The notes under the pieces: model-generated | The model's input: only the letters and a program-made list of their open reading frames with translations | Database searches by the model: none | Told to the model about the DNA's origin: nothing | Part shown: piece by piece, positions 37,403 through 51,415 of the stretch | Position numbering within the stretch: position 1 is the stretch's first letter | Layout: each line of letters opens with the position of its first letter | Assembly (NCBI GenBank): GCA_051294375.1 | Contig: JBJCIZ010000028.1 | Span: forward strand, 424,200 to 488,199 | Source: Paraspadella gotoi | Taxonomy: Eukaryota; Animalia; Chaetognatha | Reading direction: 5' to 3' | Length of the DNA stretch: 64,000 nt | Translations under genes and position numbers: made by a program

Positions 37403-40400
37403 TTGAGGGAAGAGTTTCCAAACAAAATAAGTTAAGGGACGTGGTCAGATCTGAGGACAGCTGAAGGTGAGGAGAGGGAAGAAGTACGTCTTTGAAAAAT
37501 GAAATGAGAGTGGGAGAGAAGAGAGAGAGAGAGAGAGAGCAAAGCAAAAATTTTTAAACAATACATTTAGCAATGTACAACAGAGATAAAATGCATGAAA
37601 TCTAAACATAAACTGAAATTAATGTTAACAAAAGAAAATAATAAGTTAGTAGAATAAAGTGAAATTTGAAATAGAAATAAGTGGTGAAGATAGATAAGTG
37701 AAGAAAAGTGAAAGTAGTAAAAGAAAGAGCTCAAAAATGAGTTGGAATTTTCTGTCTATCGCAAACCAACACATACTGATCAATACATTCCCTTCGATTC
37801 GCATGCTCCTGTCGCACAAGCTCGCCAGCGGTCAGATCCCTTACCAGAAGAGCTCAGCTGATTCCGTCGACCCCCGAGCTCCAGGCCGCCGAGCTTGAGC
37901 ATGTCAAAAGAGCCTTGCGCTCAATGGTTACCCTCTGTGGCTTACGAGAAGGCAAGGTTCCGGCTGAACCTGGCTGAGGGCAGTGGCCACCTAGGGGCTG
38001 CCCAAGTAACTGCTAAGCGCACACGACCTCCGCCCCCCCAGGAGGACGAACGAGACCTTGCTGCTGAAGACCGACCGCGCCCACCACAGCGCAAGTGGGA
38101 GATAAGAGAAGCGNNNNNNNNNNNNNNNNNNNNNNNNNCTGAATCGTCAATCATCATTAGTTTAAATTAATTTTATCATTGCATCAATTTACTTACATTA
38201 TCAATTCATTATTTGTAATTATATTTTTATTGCTATCATATTAAAATCTGTTATCGATTAAAATTAAATTAATTTCAAAAATGAACAAATAATCGTGAAG
38301 TGCGATACGTGAATTCTTATCTTTGAATTGTGATATTAAATTGAGTTAGTTGTATAATAGTGTTTTGCTGGTGAGATCCAGTCAATATACTTTCAATTAT
38401 TATTACTTCTTTTTGGCTCTCTTGTTTTCGCCTTTTTATCTCTGTTATAATTATGATTTTTTGGTGATAAATTTTTAGAGATCCTTTTTTCCGGGCTTCG
38501 CTTATTCTATTTTTCTCGTTATGAGGCCCGTTCGCGCTATTAATCGCTATATTACCAGGTTTTAAAGCTTAGTACTACAGTAGTTCATAATCCTTATTGG
38601 ATCAAACGAGTCGATTTTAAGCGAAAGTTGTCGACTTTGAAGCGCGATTTTCGCGACCTGTTTTATTGCCATGAACTTTTTGAACGGATTATCCGGATTT
38701 TTATGAAAATTTTGCATTATAGATAGTATTTTAAAATTCCCTATCGATCTGGGTACCAAATTTATTTAAAATACCTCATAGTCTAGAAGAAAGCGATGCA
38801 CTCCCCAAGATTAAAGTATATGTGACATTTTAAAACAAGAACAAAACAAGTGTGAAATAAAAAGCAATTAATGTATGCTCCACCACTCTGCCTTGTGTGT
38901 ATATTTATTAAAATGACTCAGTATTTAATAAAATATTCTGCAATGATCAATGCAGAATCTGATGATGATGCGGTCATGTGATCGTTTTTTTAGGACTGCA
39001 CAAGTATTGTGCTCAATTAAAGGTTTAATAGTACCTCGTCTCCCTCTGAACCTGAAGGATAAAGTTACTTTGTTGAAAGAAGCGATTACTTAGGCGATGG
39101 GTAAATATATTTTGTAGAATTTGTGTAAGCATGCTTGTAAAATCAGACAAACAAATATTTAGGTGACAAAAATTCACATTTTAGCCCTTTTTTCTTTCCA
39201 GAATCAATTAAAAAGAATCTTAATTATTCATTTATTCTTATGGGGTGTCATTAGTTTTAAAATTCATTATAATTTTGACTTAGTTGACACTCACCCTGAA
39301 GGAGGTTTCAGGCATAAGTAATTTCTAAAAATTGTATCTTGTATGTGCCCTATGATTATGGCTTCATTTTGGTACTATTCGCCATCCTATTTATTCTTTC
39401 AAAAGATATTAGGAAAAAATCAGTTTTTTTCTCAACTTCCTTTTTAATTTCTTTTTAAATAAAAATTTCGCGATTCAAACCGGACTATTTCATTTTAAAC
39501 TTGATCATTTTATGTCAAAATCATTATAAAATGAAAAAAGAAAATAGGACAAGCTCTTCAGACACAAAGCTATCGGAAGATTGCAAAATTCGACAGTCTC
39601 TCATGGAACAGGAACATCATAGCAATTCCCGTTTGCAATTTTAAGTTTGTAAACTTTCCCTTTAATTTCTATAGTAAAATATAGTAAAAATATAAAAAAA
39701 AAAATATAGTAAAAATTCTCTGACTATGAGGAGTGCATTTCCCCTGGCTTATTTGATATCAAATCCTTCATGAAATGTGAAAAAACGAATAGGACAAGCT
39801 CTTCAGATGTAACGCTATCGGATCCTGTGTTTTTACAACTGATTTCTACCGAATTTCTAGCAATCGCGTTTGCAATTTTGGGTAGTCAGATTTGAACGGA
39901 AACTTTATTAAGAAAAATGTTGAATCTTTTTTAAATCGAGATTCTCGTCTATAGTTAAACATCCTGTTTTAAATCATTTTCTTTAAATTTTCAGGTTAAA
40001 TGGGTAAGCACATTTTTTAAAGATTTGTTTTTCAATATGGTTGTTAAAAAATTCAAGGTAAGAAGTTAAAACACGGTAAGGGATAATTTAGAAGGGGAGA
40101 ATAAAACAATTGATCTTGTTACTCTGTTGGTTTTACAATCATGAACAAAATCTTCAGTTAAATAGATGGTAAAAAAAATCAAGCTACAATAAATCTACAC
40201 TGAATTTGAAGAGTTGCAGCCTAAATGACTGCAATAATATTGATTTAAAAATTTGATTAGCAATCTTAAAAACATTTGTAAAAATGTAATAAAGAGACAT
40301 TTTGATAAACGCGTTACAGTTCAGAAGATTTAAGGGTTATCTTTTCTTAAGGGTTATCTTTTCAAGGATACAAGTTGAAATTTAAAAATGTCTCTCTATT

Positions 40401-43400
40401 ACATTTTTCTAATTCAGTAAAAAAAAATCTTAAAAGCATAAGGATCGTCGCAATCGCATAAGAAAAATCTGGATTGACGACAAATTTTAATACTAAATAA
40501 AATCAAATTTGAGAGAAAAAAAATAATTTATAAACAGAAAGAAAAGAAAGAAAAAAATAAATATAAAGAAAGAATAGAAAAGAAAAAAAAGAATAGAATA
40601 AAAAAAAATAAAAAGGAAAGAAAAAATAGAAAGGAAAGAAAAAATAGAAAGGAAAGAAAAAATAGAAAGGAAAGATAAAATATAAAAAGGAAAAACAATT
40701 TTTAAACTGAAAGAAAAATTCTATTTTGCGATTGTCAATAAATAATAAAGTACTGAAAAAAATTAAAGTTACAGTTTCTGAAAAAACAATAAAGTTAGTT
40801 TCTGAAAAAAAAGAGAGAAAGAAAGAGAAAAGAAAGAGAGAGAAAGAGGAGAGAAAGAGAGAGAAGCAATCGTTGTTTGGAAGAATCAGCGAGTGGCAGC
40901 AGCAAAGGAAGCCAGCAGAAAAAAAATCAATAAGGCAGCAGCAGAAGCAGCAGGAGAAAAAAAGAGAAAAAAGAGCCCCTGCAGAGCCAGCTGCAGACAT
41001 ATTTAATAACTGTCCTGACCCAATTTTAAGGGACATTCGATGATGAGAAGCTGTATATAAATTTTCAGCTTCATCCACCCAAATTAATCATTCAAAAAGA
41101 CGATCTACAATGGAAAGCCGACGAGATGACGACAATGACAACGACCAATTTTATTTATTCATATTTTTTTCATATACATCAGTGTGTAAAAAAATATATA
41201 TATATACCTCACACTAAACTAACCTCAAGTTTGAGCCCTGGTGATTCTGTTGGGAATTGCGTTATTTTTTTTCACTGTAACTTTTGATAGAACTGTTGGG
41301 GATTAGAATCCTTCAATATTTGACCCTGCACAAACTGACATTGATTATGCTATTCAAGCATATTCTATTTAAGATTCATTACTACTTTTTCATATTTAAT
41401 CCTCATACGCTTAACGGGTTTTTAATCCTTAAATAAACAAGGAAAAAAAAATTATTTAGCTACAGTAACAGTCAGTCTAGCAATTACACATGTATTGGCG
41501 CATGCCACTGGTGTTCTGTTACTCATCTTACATGAACGCTTAGCTACGCATCAATATCGCGAATCAAAAAATTTTTTTTTTATTTTTTTTTGTGAAATTT
41601 GATGAGAAGAAATGAAGTTATTTTTTTTGTTGATCTTTGCCCTCGTTCTGATTCAAGAAGGAAGGAGACGTGGGAAAAAGGTTAAGTGGTACTTAAAATG
41701 GAATCTAATGTCTAATCCAAAAGTTACCAAACCAAATATAATAATACAAGATTCCTAACCCTTAATGCATAACCCCTAACTCCTTAACCCAAATCCCTAA
41801 TTCCCTTACCCCTAATCACCTAACATTAATCCCCAACCCTAATCGTCAGCCTAAATCCATAACCTTAAAAATGAATAGATGATAGCGGAGGCGTCTGGGA
41901 AAATAGGCCCTTTTTCTTCCACTTTTAGATAGCGACCAACGAGGTCAGAGACGTCCAGATGGACTCCTGCTTTTTGTCGTGGCATAGGTGCGGAGATGAT
42001 ATTGTGACGCCTTGTTGCCCTGGTCTATACTGCTACCACTACCATGGTCATTATTACGGGAATTGTAGGCCCGATCAACAATGAACGATAGGAATTTCGA
42101 CGGAAGCTGGGAAATGAGGAAATGAGAAAATGGGAAAATAGAAAGGCGGAAAGGTGACGCTGATGGGAAAACATCTCAATTCATAAAAAAGATGACATGA
42201 AGTTTTATTTGTATGAAGTGAGAAAAAAGGAAATTTTTAAATAAAATAAAATATAAATGAATAATTTCTTTTATTCTTTAAACATCATCGACTGTAGAAG
42301 AATATCGCATAGTCATTCAATATAATTGAAACATTAAGTTGAACAAATTTTCGTTAAAAAGTGGATATGATATGATTTTCAGTATAGTATATGTGACATT
42401 TTAAAACAAGAACAAAACAAGTGTGAAATAAAAAGCAATTAATGATGCCTCACCACTCTGTCTTGTGTGTATTTATTAAAATGACTCAGTATTTAATAAA
42501 ATATTCTGCAATGATCAATGCAGAATCTGATGATGATGCGGTCATGTGATCGTTTTTTTAGGACTGCATAAGTATTGTGCACATTAAAGGTCTAAGAGTA
42601 CCTCGCTCTCTGCCTGTCGTCGTCCTCAACATCGGCATGATCCCATGTGCGTCGATCGTTCCGTCAGTCCTTCATTAATAATCTGACGTCGTCGTCGTCT
42701 CTTCATCGTTGTTCTTCGTCGTTCGATCTGTCCTCGTCGACACCAAAAAAAAAAGCAAATGAAGTTTCAACTTCAAAATTTTTTTCACTCTTCTCATTCA
42801 TTCATTCATTCTATTCATTCATTCATCATTCATTCGTTCATTCATTTCATTCAGCTTAAATAATATTTAAAAAAATCGCCTTTATTTCTATTATTCGAAA
42901 AAACTCACATCAAAGTGAAAGAGAGAGCTTGAATGTCTTCGGCTCCTTTCACGTCAAAACATCACTGTTCTCCCAATAAGATTAATGTTTACTTTGTGGT
43001 GCTTGGTGGTAAGAAGCATAAATATCTTAGAACTTGATGGAGAGTAAATAATATTTAGGGTTAAAAAATTTGTGATCAAAGAACTGCATTGCTTAAATCA
43101 GAAAGGCAATATTACCGTGACAAAAAATTCACATTTTCTTGCTCATCCAAAAAACTTTACAAGTTTTCTTACTCCGACAAGTACAATTTAGCTTTATTTT
43201 AACTTTACAGATATCATTAAACAAAGAAATTTAATTTCCACTTAATATCTTATGGAGGTGTCATTAGTTTTTAAAATTCATCTATAATTTTGACCTTAGT
43301 TTGACACTCACCCTGTAAGGAGTTTAATCACGCATGAAGTTATTCTAAATGGTATCTTGTAATGTGCCTATGATTCATGGCCTTCATTTTTCGGTTACGG

Positions 43401-46400
43401 AAATTGCCCATTTCCCTTTTAATTTCTTTTTTAAATAAAAAATTTCGCCGATTCAAACCAGGATATTTCAGTTTTTTTAAACCTGATCATTTTATCGTCA
43501 AAATCATATTACAAATGAAAAAAGAAAAAATAGGACAAGCTCTTCAGACACACAAGCTGATAGAATCGCAAAAATCTGAAGTCGCTCGGTACAGAGGGTA
43601 CATCATTATAGCAATCCCGTTGCAACTTTTAAAATTTCTTTAACCTTTCGCTTGTGCGAATTTCATAAATAGTAAAAACTCAGGCTGAGAAAAATTCTCC
43701 CTGAAAGTGAGTGAGTGCATTTTCCTTGGCTTGTCCTTGGCATATCAAATCTTCATCGAATGTGATAAAACGAATAGAGATAAGCTCTTCGAATTTCGCG
43801 GTATCAGATTTAGCGAACTCTCATATTAAAAAAAATAGTTAAATCTTTTTTAATCGCAGAGATTCTCGTTATCCGGTAAGAGATAATTAGAAGAGGAGAA
43901 TAAACAATTAATCTTGCTTACTTTATTCAGGTTGGTCTTTACAACTCAATGAACAAAATCTTCAGATAAATAGATGGTAAAATCAAGTACAATAAATACT
44001 ACACTGACATTTGCAAGAGACATTTTGATAACGCGTTAAAGTTCGGAAGAATTAAGACCGGTGTTAAAGTTTAAAACAATGTTTCATCAGTTAAAGCAGA
44101 TACATCGTTAGAAATGATTTTAATTCAAACAAATTTCTCTTCGTGAATATCTGAATTCACGTCAATTGGTTTTTAGTCTTGCTACTTTAATGATTTATAT
44201 CTTTTACTGCTCATTGGTTCGAATTCCACGCAATAAGTAGTTAATGATTGAAACTTCTCACATACATTTTACAAGACAGATCTTCTCTTCTCATTGGTCC
44301 CATTAAATTCAGTCTTTGTATAAAGAAAGCGGCAACCTTTATTTTTGAAGAGATTGCCCTGGGACCATAAGGTAACTTGACATGATTTACTGAACTTATT
44401 AAATAGTGACATTACGTATTCAATAAATGTGTTATAATTTTGAGCTTTTGAGATTCCGAGAGCTCTTCAAATTGGCCTCTCCACAACTCTTTCCAAGGGC
44501 TCTCACCTCTGACATTGCATATTTCGCATGTGTCTTATAAACTGTCGAACTCGACATTAACAATCTAACTTCAATTACATACTACTAATGGCTTAGGTCA
44601 TTGCATGAGTCAACAATAGAAGAAATTGTAACATAATGAAGGTATGCCCTCCAATAACGACNNNNNNNNNNNNNNNNNNNNNNNNNGATATCAAATCCTT
44701 CATCAAATGTGATAAAACGAATAGGATAAGCTCTTCAGATTTGGGTAGTCAGATTTGAACGGAACTCTCTATTAAAAAAATGTTAAATCTTTTTTAAATC
44801 GAGATTCTCGTCTATGGTAAGAGATAATTTAGAAGAGGAGAATTAAACAATTAATCTTGTTACTTTGTTGGTTTTACAATCATGAACAAAATCTTCAGTT
44901 AAATAGATGGTAAAAAAATTCAAGCTACAATAAATCTACACTGAATTTGAAGAGACATTTTGATAAACGCGTTACAGTTCGGAAGAATTAAGAGTTAAAG
45001 TTTAAAAATGTTTCATGTTAAAGGATACAAGTTGAAATTTAAAAATGTCTTTCTATTACATTTTTCTAATTCGGTAATAAACAAGTTTGAGCAAACAATG
45101 TTGGATCTGCCCACGATCATTATCGGTAATTAATTAATTAATAATTAATTAATAATTAATTGAAGTTAATTAATTATTTAATTGATAATTAATTTATTCA
45201 AGTTAATTATTTAATTAATTAGGCAATTAATTAATTTGATCAGAAATGTTTGTTTTGATTGATTTATTGACTGATTAATTAATTATTGATTAATTAATTG
45301 ACTAATTGATTAATTAACTGATTAATTATTTGATTAATTAATACATCTTGCATTTACATTTAAAATACAAAGAAAAAGAGGCATAATCAATTAGTGAAAT
45401 AGGTTCTTTGTTTTCTCCATTTAAACTCATTTCCACTCAAACGATTCCATCGAAACTTGATTTCCAGTTTAATCACACACTTTTCTACCCAAATACAAAA
45501 TTTCAAGTCAATCGCCCAATCCACTCATGAGTAATTGGTGTTCAAATAGTGAAATATATTTTTTTATTTTTTCCATTTAAACTCATTTCCACTCGGACGA
45601 TTCCATCGAAACTTCATATACAGCTCAATCACACACTTCCCTACCCACACACAAAATTTCATTCCAATCCATCCATCCAATCACAAGTAATTGGTGTTTT
45701 TTGCAAAGGTCGGATGGACGGACGGACGGTCGGACGGACGGACGGACGGAAGGACATCGTTTTTTTGCATAATTTATCATAATTCGATGTTCTAACATGA
45801 TATAAGTGACTGCCCGACAATATTGCGTAAGAAAAATCTGGATTGACGACAAATTTTAATACTAAATAAAATCAAATTTGAGGAAAAAAAAAATTATAAA
45901 CAGAAAGAAAAAAATGAAAAAAATAAATATAAAGAAAGAATAGAAAGGAAAAAAAGAATAGAAAGGAAAGAAAGAATAGAAGGGAAAGAAAGAATAGAAA
46001 GGAAAAAAAATAAAAAGGAAAAAAGAATAAAAAGGAAAGAAAGAATAGAAAGGAAAGAAAAAATAGAAGGGAAAGAAAGAATAGAAAGGAAAGATAAAAT
46101 ATAAAAGGAAAAACAATTTTTAAACAGAAAGAAAAATTCTATTTTGCGATTGTCAATTAAAAAAAATAATAAAGTACTGAGGAAAATTAAAGTTACAGTT
46201 TCTGAAAAAAACAATAAAGTTAGTTTCTGAAAAAAAATAGAGAAAGAAAGAGAAAGAAAGAGAGAGAAAGAGAGAGAAAGAGAGAGAAAGAGAGAGAAAG
46301 AGAGAAGCCAAATCGTTTTCGGACGAATCAGCAGTGGCAGCAGCAAAGGCAGCCAGCAGAAAAAAAATCAAAAGGCAGCAGCAGAAGCAGCAGGAGAAAA

Positions 46401-49400
46401 GAGAAAAAAAAAGAGCCCCTGCAGAGCCAGCTGCAGACTCGTTTTTTTCCTGATGAATCAGCACTGGGGAAAAGAGAGAGAGATAGCTACATATAATTAA
46501 AAGAGAAAAGAGAGAGAGAAGGAGACATAAAAATAAAATAGAGGATAATTGTTTGTTTTTATAAAACGGAAACAAAACATATTTAATAACTGTCCTGACC
46601 CAATTTTAAGGACATCGATGATGAGAAGCTGTATATAAATTTTCAGCTTCATACACCCAAATTTAATCATCAAAAAGACGATCTATAATTTGGAAAGCCG
46701 ACGACGACGACAACGACAACGACCAATTTTTTTATTCATATTTTTTCATTAGGACAAAAACAGTTTTATTTGACAACGATTTAATTGACACAATTTAGTC
46801 AGACATGTTTCGGCTCTTTCACTGAGAGCCTTCATCAGTGCTTTTGACAATCAATATTTCACTTATTTATTTCCGTTGTTAACATTTAATTTCAGTTTAT
46901 ATTTAGATTATTTAATGCAACTTTATCTCTGGTTGTACATTGCTAAATGTATTGTTTAAATTTTTGCTTTCTCTCTCTCTCTCTCTCTCTCACATCTCTT
47001 TCCTCTCACTTCCTTTTCGTATCCACCAATCCCTCTACTCTACTCTCTCCAACTTACTCTTAACAAGACCATTGTTTCTCACATCTGACCACTGTCCCTT
47101 ACCTTATTCTTTGTTGGAACCTCTCCCTCAATTTCTCTCTCTCTCTCTCTCTCTCCTCTCTCAAAACTTACTTTAACAGAGACCAATATGATTGTCAAAA
47201 GCACTGATTGAAGGCTCTAAGTGAAAGAGCCGAAACATGTCTGACTAAATTTGTCAATTAAATCAGTTGTCAAATAAAACTGGTTTTTGTCCTAATACCT
47301 CAAAAAAAAACGAAAAGAGAGTATATACATAATATTTTTTCATATACATGTGTATAAAAATATAGATATATACCTCACACTAAACTAACGCTCAAGTTTG
47401 AGCCCTGGTGATTCTGTGGAATTGCGTGTTATTTTTTCACTGTAACTTTCGATAGAACTGTTGGGGATAGAATCCTTCAATATTGACCCTGCACAAACTG
47501 ACATTGACTATGCTATTCAAGAATATTCTATTTCAGATTCATTACTACTTTTTCTTCTTTAATCCTCCTTACCTTAATGGGTTTTTTTAATCCTAAATGA
47601 TGAAAGTTGAAAAAAAAAATATTAGTGCCACAGTAACAGTTCAGCTTAAGCCCTTAAAAGCGATTTACATGTCATTGGCGCAGCCACTGGTTTTTGCTTT
47701 GTTTTACTCATCTTACATGAATCGCTTAGGCTTTACGCATCGTAATATCGCAAACAGGAAAAAGTTTGATTTTTTTTATTTAATTTTTTTTTTGAAATTT
47801 GAGAGAGATGAAGTTATTTTTTGTTTTGATCTTTGCCGTCGTTTTGATCGAAGGAAGGAGACTGGGAAAAAAGGTAAGTTGGACTTAAAAGGAATCATAT
47901 GTCTAACCAAAATTTGTTTACCAAACCAATATAATAATAATAATTCCTAACCCTAATGCATAACCCTAACCTCTAACCCAAATCCCTAATCCCTACCCTA
48001 ATCACTAACTTAATCCCCAACCCTAATCGTCAGCCTAATCCATAACCTTAAAAATGAATTTAGATGAAACGGGGCGTCTGGGGAAATAAGGCCCTTTTTT
48101 CTCCACTTTATGATAGCGACCAACGAGGTCAGAGACGCCCAGATGGACTCCTGCTTTTTGTCGTGGAATAGGTGCGGAGGTGATATTGTGACCCAATGTT
48201 GCCCTGGTCTCTACTGCTACCACTACCATGGTCATTATTACGGGAATTGTTTAAGGCCAAGTCAACAATGAATGATAGGAATTTCGACGGAAGCTGGGAA
48301 ATGAGGAAATGGGAAAATGGAAAATAGAAAGGCGGAAAGGCGATGCTGATGGGAAAACATCTCAATTCATAATAAAGATGACATGAAGTTTTATTTGTAT
48401 GAAGTGAGAAAAAAGGAAATTTTTAAATAAAATAAAATATAAATGAATAATTTCTTCTATTCTTTAAACATCATCGACTGTGGAAGAATATCGCATAGTA
48501 ATTCAATATAATTGAAACATTGTTTAAGTTGAACAAATTTTTGTTAAAAAGTGGATATGATATGATTTTCATTTCTGGCAACGCGAGTATTCAACATGGT
48601 CGTTTGTTAGATCCGGCTCTTCTATATTCTGTACAAAGTGAACATTAGTTAATTTAGCATTGGTATTGTGATCATTCTTTATCATCGAACAAGTATCGTT
48701 CGTCAGTTAGCGTTTCCTTCTTTTGTAATAATGAAATAAACGAGATTGCTCAGACAGACAGACACATAGAGAGAGAGAGAGAGAAATTAAGTATATGTGA
48801 CATTTTAAAACAAGAACGAAACAAGTGTGAAATAAAAAGCAATTAATGATGCCTCACCACTTTGCCTTGTGTGTATTTATTAAAATAACTCGGTATTTAA
48901 TAAAATATTCTGCAATGATCAATGCAGAAACTGATGATGATACGGTCATGTGATCGTTTATTTAGGACTGCACAAGTATTGTGCACAATTAAAGGTCTAA
49001 GAGAACCTTGCTCTCTGCCTGTCGTCGTCCTCAACATCGGCATGATCACCATCGTCGTCGTCGTCGTCGTCGTCGTCATTAATAATCGACGTCGTCGTCG
49101 TCTTCATCGTTGTTCTTCGTCGTCGTCTTCCTCGTCGCCCAAAAAAAAAATATGAAGTTTTAACTTCAAAAATTTTTCACTCCATTCATTCATTCATTCA
49201 TTCATTCATTCATTCATTCATTCATTCATTCATTCATTCATTCATTCATTCTTTCATTCATTCTTTCATTCATTCATTCTTTCATTCATTTATGCATACA
49301 TATATTCATCGATCGTGTTGTCTCTCGTACTTTTCTTTTTTCTTCCAATAAATTGTTTATAAACACAACGCACACCAACAACGATAACGAAAAGAATATA

Positions 49401-51370
49401 ACCAAACAACTTTATTATAAACAATAGAACAATATCCAATGTTCTCATCAAAATTTCCCCATCGATCTCTCCAGCTGCGACGAAATCTTTCTCCAGGCGG
49501 CCCAACAACATCCAGAATTCTTTGGAATCGTCCAATGTGACTCGATATCTCTGGACAAGAAGAATCAAGATGTTTTACGCCACAATCTGGATTCCGGGGC
49601 CACTAGTGGTTCGCTCTACAAGGGAACCATAAATCTATTGGAAAGCCTTGGGCACAGGCAGAGCGCCGGTCACATGTGCTCCATCTCTCGCTGGGGCACT
49701 TGACAGTCAAGAAGTCTTTCGCTCTTGTATGTTCTATTAGGCGAATTGGAGAATTGCTAACGATCTAAGAAAATTTATATTAAATTAGGAGCGCACATAT
49801 GATAGACTTTTCATTAATCCGAAATTAAGATTAAACTATACTCTGACAGTGTCTATATATGGCTCAAGAGTGTTAGGGTCTCCTGGAAGACTAATAAGAG
49901 TAGAACTTAACTATTCGTCTTCATCATCCTCTCTCTCTTNNNNNNNNNNNNNNNNNNNNNNNNNNNNNNNNNNNNNNNNNNNNNNNNNNNNNNNNNNNNN
50001 NNNNNNNNNNNNNNNNNNNNNNNNNNNNNNNNNNNNNNNNNNNNNNNNNNNNNNNNNNNNNNNNNNNNNNNNNNNNNNNNNNNNNNNNNNNNNNNNNNNN
50101 NNNNNNNNNNNNNNNNNNNNNNNNNNNNNNNNNNNNNNNNNNNNNNNNNNNNNNNNNNNNNNNNNNNNNNNNNNNNNNNNNNNNNNNNNNNNNNNNNNNN
50201 NNNNNNNNNNNNNNNNNNNNNNNNNNNNNNNNNNNNNNNNNNNNNNNNNNNNNNNNNNNNNNNNNNNNNNNNNNNNNNNNNNNNNNNNNNNNNNNNNNNN
50301 NNNNNNNNNNNNNNNNNNNNNNNNNNNNNNNNNNNNNNNNNNNNNNNNNNNNNNNNNNNNNNNNNNNNNNNNNNNNNNNNNNNNNNNNNNNNNNNNNNNN
50401 NNNNNNNNNNNNNNNNNNNNNNNNNNNNNNNNNNNNNNNNNNNNNNNNNNNNNNNNNNNNNNNNNNNNNNNNNNNNNNNNNNNNNNNNNNNNNNNNNNNN
50501 NNNNNNNNNNNNNNNNNNNNNNNNNNNNNNNNNNNNNNNNNNNNNNNNNNNNNNNNNNNNNNNNNNNNNNNNNNNNNNNNNNNNNNNNNNNNNNNNNNNN
50601 NNNNNNNNNNNNNNNNNNNNNNNNNNNNNNNNNNNNNNNNNNNNNNNNNNNNNNNNNNNNNNNNNNNNNNNNNNNNNNNNNNNNNNNNNNNNNNNNNNNN
50701 NNNNNNNNNNNNNNNNNNNNNNNNNNNNNNNNNNNNNNNNNNNNNNCGGCGGTGTCCTGATGTTCAACGAGTCCGTCAAACATCTCGACTACGACGACTT
50801 CGTCTTCCCGCGCAGTCTCGCCAAGAGAGGCTTCGGCGTCGACGAGTCGGTGGACGGATTCAAAGGGTTCTATTACAGGGAAGACGGATGGCTGCTGTGG
50901 AAGGTGCTGGAGAAGTAAGTCGAGGGTGCTGTGGAAGGTGCTGGAGAAGTGCGGTGTTTGGGTTTGATGTTGCTTGAAGAAAATTTATGTTTTGATGAGA
51001 AGATTCTCAAAACAAATTTGCATTTTGCCGTCGTTTACTTCGGCGAGTTTCTCTCTTAAAATTTTCGATTTATTTTTTGTGACTAAAATATTAAAATCGT
51101 CAAGTCTGTTGCAAAGTTTTAATGAATGATAATGATAATGATAATGATAATGTTGTAAAGTTTTAATGAATGATAATGTAATTTGAAAATGTCAAAAAGT
51201 AATGATCAAAGTAGAATCTCTTCACTGGTACCAGAGGTGAAATTTTGAGAAATAGCGTTGTAGGAAATTTAGACGGAAATTAAGAAAGAGACTGAAAATT
51301 TTACATCTCCATGATTCTGCGCTGTAGTCTGTAACATTTCCGCCATAATTTGGATTTCTCTCATCTTCTT

Positions 51371-51415
<45 letters not shown>

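Larger units (their letters stand above)
17510..38113 (+). repeat. Three near-identical tandem units of ~6-7.3 kb (17510-24743, 24769-32055, 32081-38113), each ending in a 25-N gap
   Basis: Same order of ICK-A, twister element, ICK-B and Penelope fragment in each unit. Differences are mostly 1-nt indels. Confidence 0.9.

Noticed and set aside
24769-38113. Second and third ICK-A/ICK-B units as proof of a three-copy tandem array or of pseudogenes
   Set aside because: Near-identity, indel-type differences and 25-N boundaries mean copy number and frameshifts cannot be trusted without read depth.
50893-50951. 24-nt duplication of the LOX exon end as an alternative donor extending the protein
   Set aside because: An in-frame TAA follows the first donor, so the downstream copy cannot extend the reading frame.
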